The translations under genes were made by a program, and so were the position numbers. 64,000 nt of DNA from Ministeria vibrans ATCC 50519 (Eukaryota > Protista > Filasterea): positions 1 to 64,000 of the forward strand of contig CALSCP010002643.1 of NCBI GenBank assembly GCA_943704425.1, in the 5' to 3' direction. Below are positions 58,002 to 64,000 of this stretch, in pieces (the first letter of the stretch is position 1; every line of letters starts with the position of its first letter). Under the pieces are notes generated by a model. That model searched no databases and had not been told where the DNA came from. It saw only the letters and a list, made by a program, of their open reading frames with translations.

Positions 58002-60678
58002 TCAGACGTAGGTACCCTGTGGATCAGAATCGTACTCTGCTGGACCACTCTGGTCGTCGTCGCCATCCGCCTCAGCAGCAGCAGCAGCAGAAGCAGAAGC
58101 AACACCGACACCGTTGTCGAGAGGCGTGGGCGACGGGTTGGCGGTGGCAGTGGCGGTGGCAGTGGCGGTGGCTGTCTCGCCAAACTGGCGACTGGCAAGT
58201 GCGTAGTACTCGCCCTGGAGCGCCATGAGTTCGTCGTGCGTGCCCTGCTCGCTCACCTTGCCGTTGCGGATCACAATAATGCGGCTGCAGTTGCGAACGG
58301 TGCTCAGTCGATGCGCAATCATGATAGTCGTGCGTCCCACCGACGCACGGTCCAGCGCCTCCTGCACGATCGCCTCGCTCTCGCTGTCCAGTGCCGACGT
58401 ACTCTCGTCAAGCAGCAGAATCTTGGGATTCTTCACGAGCGCACGAGCAATGGCAATGCGCTGCTTTTGGCCACCGGACAACTGCGCGCCCTTCTCGCCC
58501 ACCTGGGTGTCGTAGCCGTCGGGCATGGACATGATGAAGTCGTGGATGTTGGCGGCGCGTGCGGCAGCGACAATGTCGTCGTGCTGCGCAAGGGGCACGC
58601 CATACCCAATGTTGTTGCCAATGGACGTGCCAAACAGCACGGGCTCCTGTGAGACAAGCGAGATTTGCGATCGCAGCCACTTGACGTTAGCGTCGGCCGT
58701 AGCAACACCGTCAATGAGAACCTCGCCTGAGAGACAGTCGTAGAAGCGCTCGACAAGCGCAATGCAGGTACTTTTGCCGCAGCCACTGCCGCCCACAAGG
58801 GCAACGGACTCGCCCGGTGCGACGGTGAACGACAGACCCTCGAGCACACGCGCGTCTGGACGGGTTGGGTAGCGGAAGAAGACGTTGTTAAACTCGACGT
58901 GACCGCGCGCGTTAGGCTCCTTCTCGCCCTCGTCCGTGACAGGATCAATGGTTGAGATGCGATCGAGCAGTCGGAAGACGGTCGAGGCGGCTGCCTTGGC
59001 GGCACCCACGTCAGGCGCAAACGCAAGCAGGTTGCCGGCACCCATGGCTGTGAAGATAATCGCCGAAAACACCTTCATCATGGCAAGGAAGGTAAGTTCG
59101 CCGTCGACGACGAGCTGACCGCCGTACCAGTACGCGAGCGCATACGTAAAGTAGACAAGCGAGTTGGACGCGCCGTAGGCAAGACCCGTAAAGTGTGACT
59201 GGCGCATCGCTTTGCGGTGCGGCACGTCCAGCCTGGCCACGTAGCGCTGGAGGAAGAGTTCCTCGCGTGTGAGCGACGCCACGGTGCGCATGGCATCGAG
59301 CGCCTCGGTGAGCACCTGCGTCGACTTGCCGTACGCCGTCTGCTGCTCCGCCTGCATGCCCGTAATCATCTTCATCTGCAGTGCACCCGCCAGCGCAATC
59401 AGGGGCACACAACCGAGCACGACCAAACACAGCTTCCACGAGGCACCGCCCGACGAGAAGGCAATGGAGAGACCGGCCACGAGCGAGACAACGCCGGACA
59501 GCACGACACCAAGACGACCTCCCGAGAGACCTTGAATGAGCGTGGCGTCAGTTGCAAGCGATGCAGTCAGCTTGCCCGACTGATGCTTCTCTTCGTCGTA
59601 AAAAGCCATCTCTTGGCGCACCATCGAGTCAAAGGTTTGCTGGCGCACGCGCAGTGTGAGCGCCTCGCCCGCCCACGTCAACATGTACATTTGCAGGAAC
59701 ATTCCAATGCCATTGGCGGTTGCCAGAACAAGGAACATGGCCGACCAGAAGTTTGCGCCCGAGCGCAGTTCGTCGCGCGGCAGCGTAAAGACGTTAAGAA
59801 CCTCGGAGAAGAGCACGGCAAAGAGGGGCATGACCACACCGGAGGCGGCCGCGCCAATGGCACCCAGAATCATTTGGACGAGTTCGGGGCGGTTCATGCC
59901 GTAGATGCGCCACACCGAGACGGGGTAGATGTCGTCGGGGACCTCGGGGTCGTCTTCGTCGACGATCTCCTTGAGGAAAAAGCGGCTGCTTCCACCGCTC
60001 TTCTTCGACTTGCTGATAGCCTTGATGGCGGCAATGTTGGGAGCCGGCTCGTTGACACTTTCGAGACGCTCTTGTTCCTCGGCAAGGGCCAGTGCCGAGA
60101 TGGCGTTCTCCTTCTCAAGGCGATGCGCCTCCTCGTCGACCTTGCCCGACATCTGCTGCGCATCCACGAGTGCCTTAAAGGCCCCATTATGGTCGATGAG
60201 GTCGTTCCACTTGCCCTCCTCCAGCACCTTGCCCCCACCGAGCACCACAATCTTGTCTGCGTCCTGAACCGTACTCAGACGATGCGCAATCATGACTGAC
60301 GTGCGGTCTTGCTTTGCTCGGTCAATCGCGTCCTGCACCTTTTTCTCGCTCTCCGTGTCCAGCGCGCTTGTCGCCTGTGCAGAAAAAAAAGGAAGCAACG
60401 TAAATCGTGAGTAAGCGAAAAAAAAAGGGAGGAGAATCAATAAAACAATATGTTTACCTCATCAAGAAGAAGAATGCGAGGATTGCGCATGAGCGCACGG
60501 GCAATGCAGATACGTTGCTTCTGACCACCCGACACATTGGCACCGCGCTCACCGACAATCGTGTCGTACTGGTCTGGCAATGTCTTGATGGTCGTGTGGA
60601 TGTTGGCCTTGCGCGCAGCAGCCTAATTATAAAGTGATAATGTATGAGAAACCAAGCGCAAAATGTGATGATGGATAA

Positions 60679-60725
<47 letters not shown>

Positions 60726-63099
60726 TAAATTATTATTAATAATATTATAATTATATTTTTTTACCTTGACGTCTTCGAGGGACGCTTCGCCGTTAGGAGA
60801 CGTGATGGAGATGTTGTCCTTGATGCTGAGACCAAAGAGCGATGGTTCTTGCGACACAAGACCAAGGTTCTCGCGCAGCCAACGCACGTTGAGCGTGCGG
60901 ATGTCAACGCCGTCGAGCAGCACCTGCCCCTCGTCGGGATCGTAGAAGCGCTCAAGCAGCGCAATGCACGTCGATTTGCCGCAGCCACTGCCGCCCACCA
61001 ATGCCACTGTCTGGCCTGCCTCAATCACCAAGTTCAACTTGTCCAACACAGGCACATCCTTACTACAGAAAAATAAGTTGTCGTGTCACAAGACGCTCAA
61101 TCCACCTCGTTTTAGTCCCGTACCGAGAAGGATAGGCAAAGGAAACATTCTTAAACTCAATGCGACCCTGGCACGACGCCGGCTTAAGACCTTCCTCGGA
61201 CAGCGGATCAACAGCGCTCTCGTGCTCAATCTGCTCGTAGATGGAGTAGGCGGCACTCATGCCCTTGGCCACCTCGGCCATGGGCGGCGCTGCATTGCCC
61301 AGAGAAAAGGCCGCAAGAAGCACCGCAAAAAACACATTTAAAAGCACGCCTGAGGTAATGGCGTTGTCCAGAATCAGCACAGAGCCATACCAGAACGCAA
61401 GCGCATCCGTTCCAAACAGGAAAAAGTATGTCAGCCCTAAAATAGAAACACGAAGAGAGCGTTGTAAGAATCAAAAAGTACTGAAGCTGCAATCACATCA
61501 TACCCATTCCAATGCCCTGCATAAGTCCACGTCGCTTGCCCACCACGAAGGCATCTTCAAGGTTGTTTGCATATCGCTGCGACTCCTTCGTTTCGCCCTG
61601 GAAACTCGCCACTGTCCGGACTGCACTCAACACCTCCTGAGCAACACCACCTACACAAAAATTCCACAAAAGTAACAAGTTTGAGTATCATAAAAACCAT
61701 TGGTTGTTTCTGGTTATCTGACCTGCTTTGGCGTATGCTTCTTGGCTCTGAGCGGTGAGCGTGACCATCATCTTGCTGAGGAACATTCCGCTCATGGCAA
61801 GCAGTGGGAATGCCGCACACATGACAGCTGCAAGTCGCGCATTACGCACAAAGGCCAGCACAAAGCCAGCGACAAAGGTTGTCAGATGAATAAGGGCCAT
61901 GGTGAGTTTCTCGCCACAGGCATTCTGCAGAATGAGCGAATCTGTGACCACGCGCGTGGTCAGCTCACCGCGCTTCTCCATGTCGAACCAGCCCACGTCA
62001 CGACGCAGCAACGACTTGACGTACATGATGCGCATGCGGTGTGTACGACGCTCGGCAATCATCGTCAGAGGCATGGCGCCAAAGTAGCTCATCACCCACG
62101 TTCCAATTGCAAGGTACACAAACCTGTAATAAAAAGAAAGAAGAAGAAAAGAAAAAGAAAAAACAAAAACGAGGGTTAAACGAGTTTGTTTGTTTGTCAA
62201 TAATTGTATTCCTACCAAAGAGTCTGTTTGAGTAGCTCCGCCTGAAACTCACTTTCCGTCTGCGTGCTGTTCTCCGACACGAATCCCGTGAACACATCGA
62301 TGGTGTTGCCAAAGACAACCGTCTACAGCACCACAGGAGGACGTGTCAGACAGGGCGGTTGGATCTCGGGACAGCTCCACATGTCACCCACACAACATAT
62401 TCCGTCGGATGCGACAAACAAAACAAAGACGCACAGCCGCGAAACAAGACAACCAATGCAGCAACGATGCCCACGTATACAAGGGAACCCTCAAGGGTAG
62501 TCCGATGCGCCGCAGAGCGCGGCCATCGGGGCCAAACTGGCGGTGCACGCGCCAACAAACATTGCTCGACCAACCCCTGGTATCATTTCGTAACAGGACG
62601 CGCCGCATTCCCCAGCCCATCCAGTATCTTACCATAAGAGGCAGGTTGGTGCCCGTGATGATCGATGCGATGATGCCGATGACGATGACGACCTTCTCCA
62701 CTGCACAGAAAGAGAGAGACACACAAAAAACACATTTGGGATCAGCCGAGCGTATTTTTTTTTGAACCGTGGCTCTTTAATGTCGCTTTTTCAGCGTCTT
62801 CTTACGGCCCGTGCTGTAGCGGAAGAGCAACGCAGAGAAGGGGACCTTCTTCTCCTCCTCCTTGTCGGCCTTGCCCGAGCCGTCAGCAGGCTTGCCCTTG
62901 TCAATCTGGGGGTGGAGATGGGGCACAGAGTGTGTGAGATGCCGACGGAAGCGCACAGCCGCAACGGACTCACCTTGGCGCCGCTGCTGTCGAGATCATC
63001 CATGCTGATGACATTGCCATCGGAGGCGATGAGCACGTCGCGTGACTGTGCGCGCGATGCCTGCGTGCGACCCGACGCTGTCGCCGTGTCTTTGCCCAT
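58002..63099 (-). CDS. ABCB1: ABCB1/MDR P-glycoprotein full transporter, multi-exon
   Basis: Two TMD-NBD halves; GGSGCGKST twice; [15 protein letters not shown]; [15 protein letters not shown]; IAHRLSTV; first exon [10 protein letters not shown]. Confidence 0.95.
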
Positions 63100-63826
63100 T
63101 GCCACGCGTCTGCTGCTGTGCTGCGGGGGGGGGGTATTCGGCAATTGGTGAGTGCGTATTGGTAGTGGGCGCGCACACGTGCACTTTGCTGCTCGACTTA
63201 CATGAATTGGGTCAAATTGAATGGATTTCTATTTGATATTTTGATTCTTGACCAACCCAGATTTTTTGAAAAACTCCCAACCACAGTGATAAGAAAAGAT
63301 AGAGATCTCGATCGGCTGGAGCGGCCAGGTTCTCCGGTTCATCTTTATTCCTTAGTCAACAAGTCGACTGGGTGTTTGGATGAATCGGTAGTGCAGCATG
63401 AAGAGTGGTGGAAGGACGAGTTTGACTCACTTGATTTCACATCGAAAATATGATCATTATGACTTGATTTCACATCGAAAATATGTTCATTATGATCGAG
63501 TGAGTAAAATTCGACGTTGCAATCATCCATCTTCATTTTTTAGTCAACGTTGAGCCAACTCAGCCAAGGCGGACGGGCCAACGCCACTTAATGTTTTGAA
63601 TGGATGACCCAAAAGATTAGATTCCGAGTTTGACTCATTCGAGTACAATAATAATAATTATAACTATAATTATAATTATATAAATAGTAACTTTTCACTC
63701 CATTTATTCCCTAGATAGGTTGTAAAATGTAAAATGTCATTCTCTCTAAACAATTGAACAATAAAAACTTGAAAAAGATTAACTGTTTGACTGAGTTTTC
63801 ATATTTGACTGAAGCACATTACACAC

Positions 63827-63908
63827 TCATCGCATTCGGTAGTGGCACTCGTTCTTGACTGCGTCGTTTGCGCCACTGTACTCGTACGCAACGACAAAGT
63901 CAAGATCA
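63827..63908 (-). CDS. PRMT1: Last exon of protein arginine methyltransferase 1 (gene extends beyond the window)
   Basis: After a CAG acceptor: (R)DLDFVVAYEYSGANDAVKNECHYRMR*, matching the type I PRMT C-terminus RDLDF...YRMR. Confidence 0.7.
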
Positions 63909-64000
63909 CTGCAAAGAAAAACAGACGAGAAGGGGTGAAGTGAGAAGTCGGTGAGTGTCGGTGAGTAAATCAATGAGTGAGACTGGAAAAGTATTCTGAC

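Noticed and set aside
63430-63500. 33-bp tandem duplication (TTGATTTCACATCGAAAATATGATCATTATGAC)
   Set aside because: Only two copies and no spacer; a simple local duplication

Overview
Gene-dense, intron-rich eukaryotic DNA with GT-AG introns that are often filled with (CT)n, (CA)n or (TAT)n. The gene set (IP3 receptor, NME5/RSP23, folliculin, SID-1, SMPDL3-type phosphodiesterase, GPANK1) suggests a flagellated unicellular relative of animals such as a choanoflagellate; this is an inference. Recognisable genes: ITPR (5' part), cullin-3, NME5, FLCN, a GT10 fucosyltransferase, a SMYD, SIDT/SID-1, an F-box protein, a CHCH protein, PA2G4/EBP1, GPANK1, an SMPDL3-like enzyme, SF3B5, ABCB1 and the last exon of PRMT1. 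Interspersed are large, nearly intronless genes with unusual immunity or cell-death-like architectures: an IFI44-like GTPase next to a possibly myristoylated ZZ-finger + TIR protein; a TPR + NAL1/Ssy5-type serine protease; a 1256-aa caspase-like + multi-TM + permuted-papain double hydrolase; an ankyrin + degenerate ClpB-AAA protein; and a CCCH + LOTUS-like + pseudo-exonuclease protein. Region 44.9-50.6 kb is a nest of mobile DNA. It holds about 10 copies of a hairpin-rich poly(A)-tailed retroposon with target-site duplications (TSDs), a LINE fragment flanked by a 144-bp direct repeat, and a decayed TTAA-flanked piggyBac. All family calls come from recognising motifs by eye; no searches were run, and exon boundaries are approximate unless stated.
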